Shown in pieces: positions 38,101-49,616 of a DNA stretch of 64,000 nt. Source of the DNA: Macrostomum lignano (lineage: Eukaryota); assembly GCA_002269645.1 (NCBI GenBank), contig NIVC01000906.1, positions 1 through 64,000 on the forward strand, given 5' to 3'. Position 1 is the first letter of the stretch. Every line of letters begins with the position of its first letter. The notes beneath the pieces were generated by a model. It saw nothing but the letters and a program-made list of their open reading frames with translations. It searched no databases and was not told the origin of the DNA. The translations under genes and the position numbers were made by a program.

Positions 38101-41100
38101 ACTTCTCATATCCTAATCCCGATTTCTCATATCCCAATTTCGATTTCTCAATTCGACTTTCTCATATTCTAATCCCGATTTCTCAGATCTTAATCCCAAT
38201 CGCAATCCCGATTTCTCATATCCAAATCCCAATTTCTCATATCCCAATCTCGATTTCTCAAATCCCAATTTCGGTTTCTCAAATCCCAATTTCGATTTCT
38301 CGATTCCCAATCTCGACGTCTCATTCCTAATCCCGATTTCTCATATCCCAATCCCGATTTCTCATATCCAAATCCCGATTTCTCAGATCTTAATCCCAAT
38401 CCCAATCCCGATTTCTCATATCCCAATCCCGATTTCTCATATCCAAATCCCGATTTCTCAGATCTTAATCCCAATCCCAATCCCGATTTCTCATATCCAA
38501 ATCCCGATTTCTCAAATCCCAATCCCTAAGTCCGACCCCCTCCCAATGCGCAGATTCCCCAAACAGTGCCTGAGGTGCAGTCGGCCCAGCTGGTGAAGCC
38601 GCTGGCCTTCGATCCTGCCGAGGCGGCCGGCCCCGACCTGTTCAAACGCCTGGTGCCGATGAAAACCAGCGAAGCGTCCAGCGTGTACTCCGAGGAGGTG
38701 TCAAAGAAGCTGAGAGAGATTGGCGATGCCGTTGAGACCAAGGATACTGAGTTGGCCGAGTGCCTCAGCAGCTTGCAGGTGAGGACCAGTGTGATGAGAG
38801 TGTCAGAGAGAGTGAGAGACGGAGTGCCAGAGAGAGTGAGAGACATGGAGTGCCAGAGAGAGTGAGAGACGGAGTGCCAGAGAGAGTGAGAGACATGGAG
38901 TGCCAGAGAGAGTGAGAGACATGGAGTGCCAGAGAGAGAGTGAGAGACATGGAGTGCCAGAGAGAGAGTGAGAGACATGGAGTGCTAGAGAGAGTGAGAG
39001 ACGGAGTGCCAGAGAGAGTGAGAGACATGGAGTGCCAGAGAGAGTGAGAGGCGTGGAGTGCCAGAGAGAGTGAGAGATGGAGTGCCAGAGAGAGTGAGAG
39101 ACATGGAGTGCCAGAGATTGAGAGGCCTGGAGTGCCAGAGAGAGAGTGAGAGATGGAGTGCCAGAGAGAGTGAGAGGCGTGGAGTGCCAGAGAGAGTGAG
39201 AGATGGAGTGCCAGAGAGAGTGAGACATGGAGTGTCAGAGAGAGTGAGACATGGAGTGCCAGAGACACTGAGATACGGAGTGCTGGAGAGAGTGAGTGGT
39301 ATGGGGTGCCAGAGTGACAGGCGTGGAGTGCCAGAGAGGGTGGGTGGCATGGAGTGCCAGAGAGAGATGGAGTGCCAGAGACACTGAGAGACATGGAGTG
39401 CTAGAGAGAGAGCGTGGCATGGAGTGCTAGAAAGAGTGACAGACATCGAGTGCCAGAGAGAGTGAGAGGCATGGAGTGCCAGCGTGACAGGCATGGAGTG
39501 CCAGCGTGACAGGCATGGAGTGCTTCCGCATTCCCGCAGGCGGATCCCGAGTTCTACTCCGTCTCCGAGGACGCGCCGCTGCCCCAAGCTCTTTACGACG
39601 CCTGCGCTCAGCTGTCTGTCGAAGGCGACGCGGCGCAGAAGCGGCTGACGCAGCGGATGCAGCAGCTGGCGTCGGCAGCGGTGGACGTGGACACCCTGCT
39701 TGGCGAGCTGCGTCAGCTGACCAAGGACGCCCCGGCCGAGACTGCCGCCTCGCTCAGACCGTTCCTAGACGACCTGGCCAAGTTTGAGAAGGTGGCCCGA
39801 GAAGCTCAGCCATCCAATGACAGCCTGCGGGCCAGCGCCAGTCGGCACGCTGAGAGTCTGGCTGAGCTGAGGAAATCGCCTGAGGAATTGAAGGCCAGCC
39901 TGCCTACGGTGACCGACCTGCAGGTGAGGCTTGCTTGAGTGAAGGGAGGAGAGGGGAGTGAAGGGAGGAGAGGGGAGTGAAGGGAGGAGAGGGGAGTGAA
40001 GGGAGGAGAGAGGAGTGAAGGGCGGAGAGAGGAGTGAAGGGCGGAGAGGGGAGTGAAGGGCGGAGAGGGGAGTGAAGGGAGGAGATGGGAGTGAAGGGAG
40101 GAGATAGGAGTAAAGGGAGGAGGCGGGAGTGAAGGGAGGAGGCGGGAGTGAAGGGAGGAGAGAGGAGTGAAGAGAGGAGAGGGGAGTGAAGGGAGGAGAG
40201 GGGAGTGAAAGGAGGAGAGGGGAGTGAAGGGAGGACAAGGGAGTGAAGGGAGGAGAGGGGAGTGAAGGGAGGACAAGGGAGTGAAGGGAGGAGAGGGGAG
40301 TGAAGGGAGGAGAGGGGAGTGAAAGGAGGAGAGGGGAGTGAAAGGAGGACAAGGGAATGAAGGGAGGACAAGGGAGTGAAGGGAGGACAAGGGAGTGAAG
40401 GGAGGACAAGGGAGTGAAGGGAGGAGAGGGGAGTGAAGGGAGGAGAGGGGAGTGAAGGGAGGAGAGGGGAGTGAAAGGAGGAGAGGGGAGTGAAGGGAGG
40501 ACAAGGGAGTGAAGGGAGGACAAGGGAGTGAAGGGAGGACAAGGGAGTGAAGGGAGGAGAGGGGAGTGAAGGGAGGAGAGGGGAGTGAAAGGAGGAGAGG
40601 GGAGTGAAGGGAGGAGAGGGGAGTGAAGGGAGGAGAGGGGAGTGAAGGGAGTAGAGAGGAGTGAAGGGAGGAGAGGAGAGTAAAGGCAGGAGAGGGGAGT
40701 GAAGGGAGGAGAGGAGAGTGAAGGGAGGAGAGGGGAGTGAAGGGAGGAGAGGAGAGTGAAGGGAGGAGAGGGGAGTGAAGGGAGGAGAGGAGAGTGAAGG
40801 GAGTAGAGAGGAGTGAAGGCAGGAAAGGGGAGTGAAGGGAGGAGAGGAGAGGGGAAGACATGAGTAGATGATCAGATGGCCTGACTCTACCGTGCTGAAT
40901 TGACCAGGCTGACGAGCAGCTGGGCCAGTCCGTGTCGGAGCTGAAGCGGCTCCTTGGCAAGGTGTCGGAGATGCGCAGCCAGCGGGCGGAGCTGCTGGCC
41001 TCAATCCGGTCGGATCTCCGCTCGGAAGACGCCACCAGCCTGCTGCTGCGGCAGCCCAACCAGGACCCGGTGCAGATGTTCGAGGCCACCCTGGCTAAGC

Positions 41101-41451
41101 AGCAGGACCGACTGACCTACCTGAATCAGAACTTGGCCGCCCAGGCAAACATCCTGTCAGCTCTGATAGAAGTTCACGCCAAGCTGGCCCCGCACCGGCA
41201 GCTGATCGCTCAGCGCCGCGCCGACCGCGAGGCCGCCCTGCAGCGGCTGGTGGCCACCTGGAATGAGGGACCGGTGCTGCTGGACAAAGTGCAGGAGGGG
41301 GTGGACTTCTTCACCGGGCTGCACCGCAAGCTGAAGGTTTGTCTGTCTGTGTCTGTGTGTCTTTCTGTCTGTCTGTCTGTGTCTGTCTGTCTGTCTGTCT
41401 GTGTCTGTCTGTCTGTCTGTCTGTGTCTGTGTGTCTGTCTGCCTGTCTGCC

Positions 41452-41482
<31 letters not shown>

Positions 41483-44400
41483 ATGTCTGTCTGTCTGTGT
41501 GTCTTTCTGTCTGTCTGTCTGTGTCTGTCTGTCTGCCTGTCTGTCTGTCTGTCTGTATGTCTGTCTGTCTGTGTGTCTTTCTGTCTGTCTGTCTGTGTCT
41601 GTGTGTCTTTCTGTCTGTCTGTCTGTGTGTCTTTCTGTCTGTCTGTCTGTCTGTCTGTCCACCTGCCCTAACGTTTACCTGTCCCACCCCTTGTCCATTA
41701 TTCCCAATCGGCAGGTAATCGAGGCGCGCCTAAAACCTCTCCTAACGCCGCCAAAGCCTCCGCAGCCACCGCCACAGCAGCAGCAACCGCAGCCTCAGCA
41801 GCCGCCGCCGCCCCAGCTTCATCAATACAGCCGCTCATCTGGCCAATTCCAGTCGCTTAATCCAACCGAAGGTCAGCAAAAAAGGTCTGAAAACGAACCC
41901 GCGACCTTGCCGCCGGCAGCCCTTTTAGCCAGCCTGTCCGGGTCGGGCGGCAGCGGCGGCGGCTCCAACCCGCCCAGACTGAAGGACTTCCTGCCCTATC
42001 TGAAGCCGGGCACCTACGGTAGCCAGCGCAGCTCCCTGCCCGCCAGTCCTCACCGAGCATCTGCTGAACCTGTTCAACCGCCAGCGCCGCAGCCTAATCA
42101 GCAGCTGCCGCAACAGTATGGTCGGCATTCGCCTTTGCCGTCTAGCGAGACAACCGGCTATCAGCAGCCAGCTCCGGGTTCTGGCAGCTTTGATCCTCAG
42201 CAGCTGCATCAGTATCCCACTCGCTTTCCTGCTAACCAGTTCGGATCCCAGCCTCCTCCGTCATCAACTGGCCAGTTCGGATCCCAGCCTCCTCCGTCAT
42301 CAACTGGCCAGTTCGGATCCCAGCCTCCTCCGTCATCAACTGGCCAGTTCGGATCCCAGCCTCCTCCGTCATCAACTGGCCAGTTCGGATCCCAGCCTCC
42401 TCCGTCATCAACTGGCCAGTTCGGATCCCAGCCTCCGACATCAGCTAACCAGTTCGGATCCCAGCCTCCTCCGACATCAACTGGCCAGTTCGGATCCCAG
42501 CCTCCGACATCAGCTAACCAGTTCGGATCCCAGCCTCCTCCGACATCAACTGGCCAGTTCGGATCCCAGCCTCCGACATCAGCTAACCAGTTCGGATCCC
42601 AGCCTCCTCCGACATCAACTGGCCAGTTCGGATCCCAGCCTCCGACATCAGCTAACCAGTTCGGATCCCAGCCTCCTCCGACATCAACTGGCCAGTTCGG
42701 ATCCCAGCCTCCGACATCAGCTAACCAGTTCGGATCCCAGCCTCCTCCGACATCAACTGGCCAGTTCGGATCCCAGCCTCCAACATCAACTGGCCAGTTC
42801 GGATCCCAGCCTCCGACATCAACTGCTCAGTTTGCTTCAACGAGTGCTCGGCCACAGCAATTCCCCACCACCAATGCGGCAACTTTGGGATCTTACTCGC
42901 AACAACCAGGTACTTCTCAGATCCGGTTTCCACAACAACCGGGGTCTTCGTCTGGGGGATTCCCCCAGCAACCTGCCGCTTCGACAGGGGGATTCCCCCA
43001 GCAACCTGCCGCTTCGACAGGGGGATTCCCCCAGCAACCTGCCGCTTCGACAGGGGGATTCCCCCAGCAACCTGCCGCTTCGTCAGGGGTATTTCCCCAG
43101 CAACCAGCCGCTTCGTCAGGGGGATTCCCCCCGCAACCAGCCGCTTCGTCAGGGGGATTCCCCCAGCAAACTGCCGCTTCGTCAGGGGGATTCCCCCAGC
43201 AACCTGCCGCTTCGTCAGGGGGATTCCCCCACCAAACTGCCGCTTCGTCAGGGGTATTTCCCCAGCAACCAGCCGCTTCGTCAGGGGGATTTCCCCAGCA
43301 ACCTGCCGCTTCATCAGGGGGATTCCCCCAGCAACCTGGAACATCTCAAATTCGCTTTCCTCAACAACCGACCAGCTATTCGGGAATTCCCCAGCTACAA
43401 CCGGGAACTTCGCAAGTTCGATTGCCGCAACAGCCGGCTGGAGCATCTGGCGGTGGGTTTCCCCAGCAACAGAGATTCCCTCAGCAGCCGGGCACCTCGA
43501 GTGTCAATTACCAACCATCTGGATCGCTAGGCGGCACGCATCCCCAGCTCCCCAGCGTGTCAGCTGTGAGATTTCCTCAGCAACCGGTGTCTTCAGCAAC
43601 CGGTGGATTTCCCCAGCAACCGGGATTTTTGGCTGGGCCGCAGCAGGCAGGAACGTCCTCGGTTCGATTCCCACAGCAGCAACCAGGATTTCCACAGCAA
43701 CCGGGATTCAGTCAGCAGCAAGGGTCCAAAGCTGGCGCAGTGCCCCTGCAACCAGGATATTCCGTTACCGGTGGTTTTGCTCAGCAACCGGGATCTGCAA
43801 CCGGTGGCTACTCTCAGCAACTGGGATCTGCAACCGGTGGCTACTCTCAGCAACCGGGATCTTCGACCGGAAACTTTTCTCAGCAACCGGGATCTGCAAC
43901 CGGTGGCTACTCTCAGCAACCAGGATCTGCAACCAGCGGCTTTGCTAAGCAACCGGGATCTGCAACCGGTGGTTACTCTCAGCAACCGGGATCTGCAACC
44001 GGTGGTTACTCTCAGCAACCGGGATCTGCAACCGGAAACTTTTTCCAGCAACCGGGATCTGCAACCAGCGGCTTCTCTGAGCAACCGGGATCTGCAACCG
44101 GTGGCTACTCTCAGCAACCAGGATCTGCAACCGGTGGCTACTCTCAGCAACCAGGATCTGCAACCAGTGGCTACTCACAGCAACCGGGATCTGCAACCGG
44201 TGGCTACTCTCAGCAACCGGGATCTGCAACCGGTGGCTACTCTCAGCAAACGGGATCTGCAACTGGTGGCCACTCTCAGCAACCGGGATCTGCAACCGGT
44301 GGCTACTCTCAGCAACCGGGATCTACAACCGGTGGCTTCTCTCAGCAACCGGGATCTACAACCGGTGGCTACTCTCGGCAACCGGGATCTGCAACCGGTG

Positions 44401-47400
44401 GCTACTCTCAGCAACCGGGATCTGCAACCGGAAACTTTTCTCAGCAACCGGGATCTGCAACCGGAAACTTTTCTCAGCAACCGGGATCTGCAACTGGTGG
44501 CTACTCTCAGCAACCGGGATCTTCGACCGGAAACGTTTCTCAGCAACCGGGATCTGCAACTGGTGGCTACTCTCATCAACCGGGATCGTCGACCGGAAAC
44601 GTTTCTCAGCAACCGGGATCTGCAACCGGCAACTTTTCTCAGCAACCAGGATCTGCTACCGGCAACTTTTCCCAGCAACCGGGATCTGCTACCGGCAACT
44701 TTTCTCAGCAACCGGGATCTGCTACCGGCAACTTTTCTCAGCAACCGGGATCTGCAACCGGCAACTTTTCTCAGCAACCGGGATCTGCTACCGGCAACTT
44801 TTCTCAGCAACCGGGATCTGCAACCGGAAACTTTTCTCAGCAACCGGGATCTGCAACAGGCGGGTTCCCTCAGTTAGGCGGCACTTCAGTGAGCCAGTTC
44901 CCCTCCCAGCTGCCTCCTCCATCATCATCATCATCATCGACAGCCCAGCAACCAAAGCCTGACAGCGGACCAGTCAGACCCACCGTTTTTCCAGCTCAGC
45001 AGAAGCCTGTCGCGGCCGAACCCTCTGCTACTGACCGAGCGTCATCTGGCGCGTCAACTCCGCAGCACCTGCCACCAGACGGTGCTGGCGGAGGGCTTGC
45101 CAAGGGCAGCAACAACAACAGCTGTCGCAGTCTGCTAGACTCCGCAGCCGAGGACACCGCGGCTGCCGCTGCCGCCGTGTTGACACCTTCGGTGCTGACC
45201 AGCGCCGAACGAGAACTGCAAGTAGCCGAAGCTGCCCTGAGAAAGCAGAGCGGAGTTGACAAGCTGTCTGATAATTTATTGTTTAATCAGCTGATTGCCG
45301 ACACGGAGCGGCTGGGGCGGAGGCTGCCAGTGTCAGATGCTTGGCAACAGCATCAGGCCGCGTTGAAAGGCCTGACAGCGGCTGGCGGTGTACAGCAGAC
45401 AAAGAAGACTACAACAGTTGCTATGTGCCACCCAATGCAGAACAGGGCGCCGCAATGCGTGCCCTACGATGCTAACAGAGTGACCGTTGGCGACGATGCC
45501 AGCTATCTGAATGCCAGCCTGCTGCACTGGCAGAGCACCAGGCTGATATTCGCTCAGCAGCCCAATAAGTCTCAGTTGTCAACATTCTACAAGATGCTGC
45601 TTCAGTACGGCTGCGAGCTGTTGTGTCAGCTGGGCCCGTCTGTTAGCGGTTTACCTCCGTATTGGCCCGATGCCAAAGGTGAATCAGCTGTTTACAGCGG
45701 CTCCGTTGAGGTGTCAGTCCGGGCTGTGCACCCCGGGGATGTCGGCTGTACTGAGCGGGTCATCGCAGTTCGTGTTGGAGAAGCTTCGCGCACTCTGGTG
45801 ATGCTGCAGGTGACACCAAATTTCCTCTAAAATACTCTAATCATTCTAAATTCTCCTACGAATCACCCTTGATACCCCTGTAACTCCCCCCAAAACTTAC
45901 TATTGAATTCCTTTTAGAATCACATATGAAGTCCCCGTGCAACCACCCATAAATTCTCCCAAGAATCATTCGTATTTTCATCAAGAATCATCCATAATTC
46001 CCCCAAGAATCATCCATAATTCCCCAATAATCATCCATACTTCCCCCAAGAATTATCCATAATTCCCCCAAGAATCATCCATAATTCCCCCAAGAATTAT
46101 CCATAATTCCCCCAAGAATCATCCATAATTCCCCCAAGAATCATCCATCATTCCCCCAAGAATCATCCATAATTCCTTCAAGAATCATCCATAATTCCTT
46201 CAAGAATCATCCATAATTCTTTCAAGAATTACCCATAATTCCCCCAAGAATCATCCATAATTCCCCCAAGAATCATCCATCATTCCCCCAAGAATCATCC
46301 ATAATTCCCCCAAGAATCATCCATAATTCCTTCAAGAATCATCCATAATTCCTTCAAGAATTACCCATAATTCCCCCAAGAATCATTCATAATTCCCCCA
46401 AGAATCATCCATCATTCCCCCAAGAATTATCCATAATTCCCCCAAGAATCATCCATAATTCCCCCAAGAATCATCCATCATTTCCCCAAGAATCATCCAT
46501 AATTCCAACTAGAATTATCCATAATTCCCCCAAGAATCATCCATAATTTCCCCAAGAATTATCCATAATTCCCCCAAGAATCATCCATCATTTCCCCAAG
46601 AATCATCCATAATTCCAACTAGAATTATCCATAATTCCCCCAAGAATCATCCATAATTTCCCCAAGAATTATCCATAATTCCCCCAAGAATCATCCATAA
46701 TTCCCCCTAGAATTATCCATAATTCCCCCAAGAATCATCCATCATTCCCCCAAGAATCATCCATAATTCCCCCAATAATCATCCATCATTCCCCCAAGAA
46801 TTATCCATAATTCCCCCAAGAATCATCCATAATTCCCCCAAGAATCATCTATAATTCTATCTAAATCTATTATAGCTTCAAGTGCTAATTAGCTCTATTC
46901 CACAATCAGCCAAAAAATCAGTAGAAACGCTGATTACACTACTTTAAAGGTCCACTCGGACTACCCGTCGGCAATCGAGCGAGCCTGCCAAGTGCTCAGC
47001 GATCAGCGCTCGCCGCTTCGCCCAGTCTGCCTGGTCTGTCCGGATGGCTCTGCCAAGTGCGGCCTTTTTGGCGCCTTACTGGCCGCCCGGCACCAGCTCA
47101 AACTCGATGGCAAGATGCCGCCGCTAGCTGAGATTGCCGCCTCACTGGCCAACCAGCGGCCTTGCGTTCTGGCCGACCCTCAGCAATTGCAGCAATTGTA
47201 TTCAAACTTTCACGAGATCTGTCAGATACTACTGAGAAAGAAAGGCGTCCTAGTTCGTCAGTCGTCGACTTCTGCGGCGGCCACTGCTCAGGCGGCGGCT
47301 GCCCGAGTGGCCAGCGAGAAATCTTCACCAGCTCATAGCACAAGTGAGCTTATTTATTTGTTTTTAATTGGCAATAAAAATTATACTCCAAACCGAATTT

Positions 47401-47969
47401 CGTATTCTGAAGCAAAATAGACAGTATTTTTCAATGCTCGCCTACTGATTAGTAGTCTAAACCGAATATATTATTCCTAAACAAAATAGACAGTATTTTT
47501 CAATGCTCGCCTACTGATTAGTAGTCTAAACCGAATATATTATTCCTAAACAAAATAGACAGTATTTTTCAATGCTTGCCTACTGATTAGTAGTCTAAAC
47601 CGAATATATTATTCCTAAACAAATAGACAGTCTTTTTCAATGCTCGCCTACTGATAAGTAGTCTAACTCAGTTGGTTTTACCAAATTTAACCAGCATCAG
47701 AGCCGCCTACCAAATCCGAATCGGCAGCGCCGGCTGTATCAGCCAACGGTTCGCCAGCCAAGGACTTTCTGCAATCTCTAGATGCCAAGCACATCCGCAT
47801 CGAGCCCGTGCCCGAGGATAAGCGGCGTATCCGACGCGAAGATTTCAACAGCTCAGCTAGTCGGGAGAGCCGCTTGAAACCAGAGCAGGTGCCAAACGAT
47901 CCGTTTAGCTCGCTAGATCCGCTGTGGTCGCATCACAAGCAGCAGGCCGCGGTTGAGAATAAGAAATAA
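29179..47969 (+). CDS. PTPN23: HD-PTP / tyrosine-protein phosphatase non-receptor type 23 orthologue (BRO1, V domain, long low-complexity region, degenerate PTP domain), about 2259 aa
   Basis: Exons 29179-29262, 31009-31083, 35496-35623, 36396-36795, 37380-37670, 38554-38778, 39540-39923, 40908-41336, 41715-45809, 46950-47343 and 47695 (or 47701)-47969; all introns are GT-AG and frame-consistent. Motifs: MEGAPRIPM; [11 protein letters not shown]; MLAQAQEC; KDNNLIYH; [10 protein letters not shown]; ASSVYSEE; PYDANRV...YLNAS; C-terminal [10 protein letters not shown]. Confidence 0.92.
31661..32600 (+). repeat. 20-21-bp tandem array (ggtaagtcgcaaaaggatta), about 45 copies, inside the hAT-like element
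   Basis: Visible array; the core GGTAAGTCGCA also occurs singly near both ends of the element. Confidence 0.97.
32827..33667. mobile_element. Tc1/mariner-like foldback element with arms of about 208 bp; right terminus truncated
   Basis: 32840-33047 is a near-perfect reverse complement of 33460-33667. The left end TA|CGAGGGGCGTCCGGAAAGT resembles mariner-type TIRs; the outermost 13 bp or so are absent on the right. Confidence 0.6.
33690..34345. repeat. Low-complexity CT-rich (33690-33830) and GA-rich (33890-34345) tracts
   Basis: Direct composition; these produce the S/L-rich spurious ORFs. Confidence 0.9.
35690..36300. repeat. Intronic minisatellite, 21-22-bp unit (cacttacagggagacactg(c)at)
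   Basis: Visible tandem units in PTPN23 intron 3. Confidence 0.93.
36820..37320. repeat. Intronic minisatellite, 25-bp unit (ggggattttttgggaagtttatatt)
   Basis: Period 25 measured; PTPN23 intron 4. Confidence 0.93.
37700..38526. repeat. Intronic minisatellite, 21-bp unit (aatcccgatttctcaaatccc)
   Basis: Visible units in PTPN23 intron 5. Confidence 0.93.
38790..39520. repeat. Intronic minisatellite, about 26-bp unit (ggagtgccagagagagtgagagacat)
   Basis: Visible units in PTPN23 intron 6. Confidence 0.93.
39935..40855. repeat. Intronic purine-rich minisatellite, 19-bp unit (ggggagtgaagggaggaga)
   Basis: Period 19 measured; PTPN23 intron 7. Confidence 0.95.
41337..41660. repeat. (CTGT)n-type microsatellite in PTPN23 intron 8
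   Basis: Starts at the donor AAG|GTTTGT; the acceptor is ggcag| at 41714. Confidence 0.95.
45950..46850. repeat. Intronic minisatellite, 22-bp unit (cataattcccccaagaatcatc)
   Basis: Period 22 measured; PTPN23 intron 9. Confidence 0.95.
47385..47670. repeat. Intronic tandem repeat, 69-bp unit, about 4 copies
   Basis: aaaatagacagtatttttcaatgc recurs at 47414, 47483 and later; PTPN23 intron 10. Confidence 0.9.
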
Positions 47970-48153
47970 TTAACAAAAAATGTGTAACTTTCTACTTCTG
48001 ACTGGAAGTGTCAGTAGCGTATTGCGGATATTATGTCTTTTACGTTGGACAAAATAACTAACTATAAACCGTTGTTATTCCTCCCTCCGCAAATCTAGAA
48101 ACATTAATTTTATATAGGCCTGACCACTTTTTGGAAATCAACTAAAATGTGCA

Positions 48154-48769
48154 CAGGGGTTGGCAAACATTTTTACCTCAAGGGCCAAATAGAGAACCTA
48201 AAGCTGACTGAAGAGCTGGGAGAAAGAAGAGAGAATTGAGAAGAAAGATAGGAGAAAGGAGAGACGAGGGAATAAAGGAAAAGAGAGGAGAGGAGAGAAG
48301 AGAGGAGACAGGGGAGGAGAGAAGAGAAAAGGAGAGAGGAGAGAAGAGAAGAGGAGAGGAGAGAAGAGAGGAGATAAAGAGAGAAGATAAGAGAGGAGAT
48401 GAGGAGAGAAGATAAGAGAGATGAGGAGAGAAGATAAGAGAGTAGATAAGGAGAGAAGATAAGAGGAGATGAGGAGAGAAGATAAGAGAGGAGATGAGGA
48501 GAGAAGATAAGAGAGGAGATGAGGAGAGAAGATAAGAGAGGAGATGAGGAGAGAAGATAAGAGAGGAGAGAAGGAGAGAAGATAAGAGAGGAGATAAGGA
48601 GAGAAGATAAGAGGAGATAAGGAGAGAAGATAAGAGAGGAGAGAAGAGAGACGTGTGAAGGGAGCTGAGAAGAGATAAACATTGAGCCGGCCGGATTGCT
48701 ATTGTGAAGTTTCAAAGGATCCGAGGACCGGATAGAGAGGCTTTGCGGGCCTGAGTTTGCCTACCCCTG
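48154..48769 (+). mobile_element. MITE with CAGGGGTTGGCAAAC-type TIR (hAT-like) and an internal GA-rich tract
   Basis: Left caggggttggcaaac, right gtttgcctacccctg. Flanks aatgtgca and atttagca match at 5/8 positions (degenerate TSD). Related copies at 1166-1461 and 32749. Confidence 0.75.
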
Positions 48770-49546
48770 ATTTAGCATTAGCTAACCAACACGTGATTAT
48801 ATCGCACTCTAGTGAACCATTGCGCTTTCTTGTTTGTTATTGATAAATTCGTTTGTGTTTCATTCTGTTAATAGAAGATTTTTATTTCCACCAGAACAGC
48901 ACACTGGAAGGATAACCAGTGTTCTAAAAATTTTCATTTCTGTTATACGATTTTGTTTTTAACTACTGTTAGTAGTTTGATCGATTATTCAGATAATTTT
49001 ACTCTCTCACCGCTTTACAGCCTGTTTTTATCCCGCTCGTCTTGTTGGCTTTTCGCTTGCTTCACTAATTTATCAAATTTGATAATTCCGTTGTATATTA
49101 ATTTTTAAGATGCGCAAATTATTAATTTGAATAAACCTCAGATGCAATCACAGGCTCCACTTCACTTTCTAATGTCAATTTCAATTTCAGTTCCAATTTT
49201 ATTTCGATTCTTCAAGCAAAAAAATCTTTGCTGTGTCTTCTTTATTTGTTATCGAAATAAACAATACCCTAAAAACTCGAGCCTGTCCAAGTGACGAGGA
49301 CAATTAACCAAATATTCTATTTTGCTTTCAGCGCACTCACTCCGCGTGAGAACAAACAATTACCGCCTGCTTTTAGTTTTTTCGATACATATCGGTAAAA
49401 ATTTTTGTAGTTTTCTGAGAAAGGCTTCTACATCTTCAACAGTAGTTTAATAGTTAAAAACGTCTTATAGCTTCTTAGGGCTGAAGTTAGTCGAAATGCG
49501 TTTAATAATTCAATTAAAGTCTAAACTGACAAATAGTAAAAAAAGT

Positions 49547-49616
49547 TGCATCGGCCGGGAATCGAACCCGGGCCGCCGCGTGGCAGGCGAGCATTCTACC
49601 ACTGAACCACCGATGC
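49547..49616 (-). tRNA. tRNA-Gly (anticodon GCC), 70 nt
   Basis: Minus strand reads GCATCGGTGGTTCAGTGGTAGAATGCTCGCCTGCCACGCGGCGGCCCGGGTTCGATTCCCGGCCGATGCA. A and B boxes are intact and an oligo-T terminator follows. It is one G shorter than the usual 71-nt form. Confidence 0.93.
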
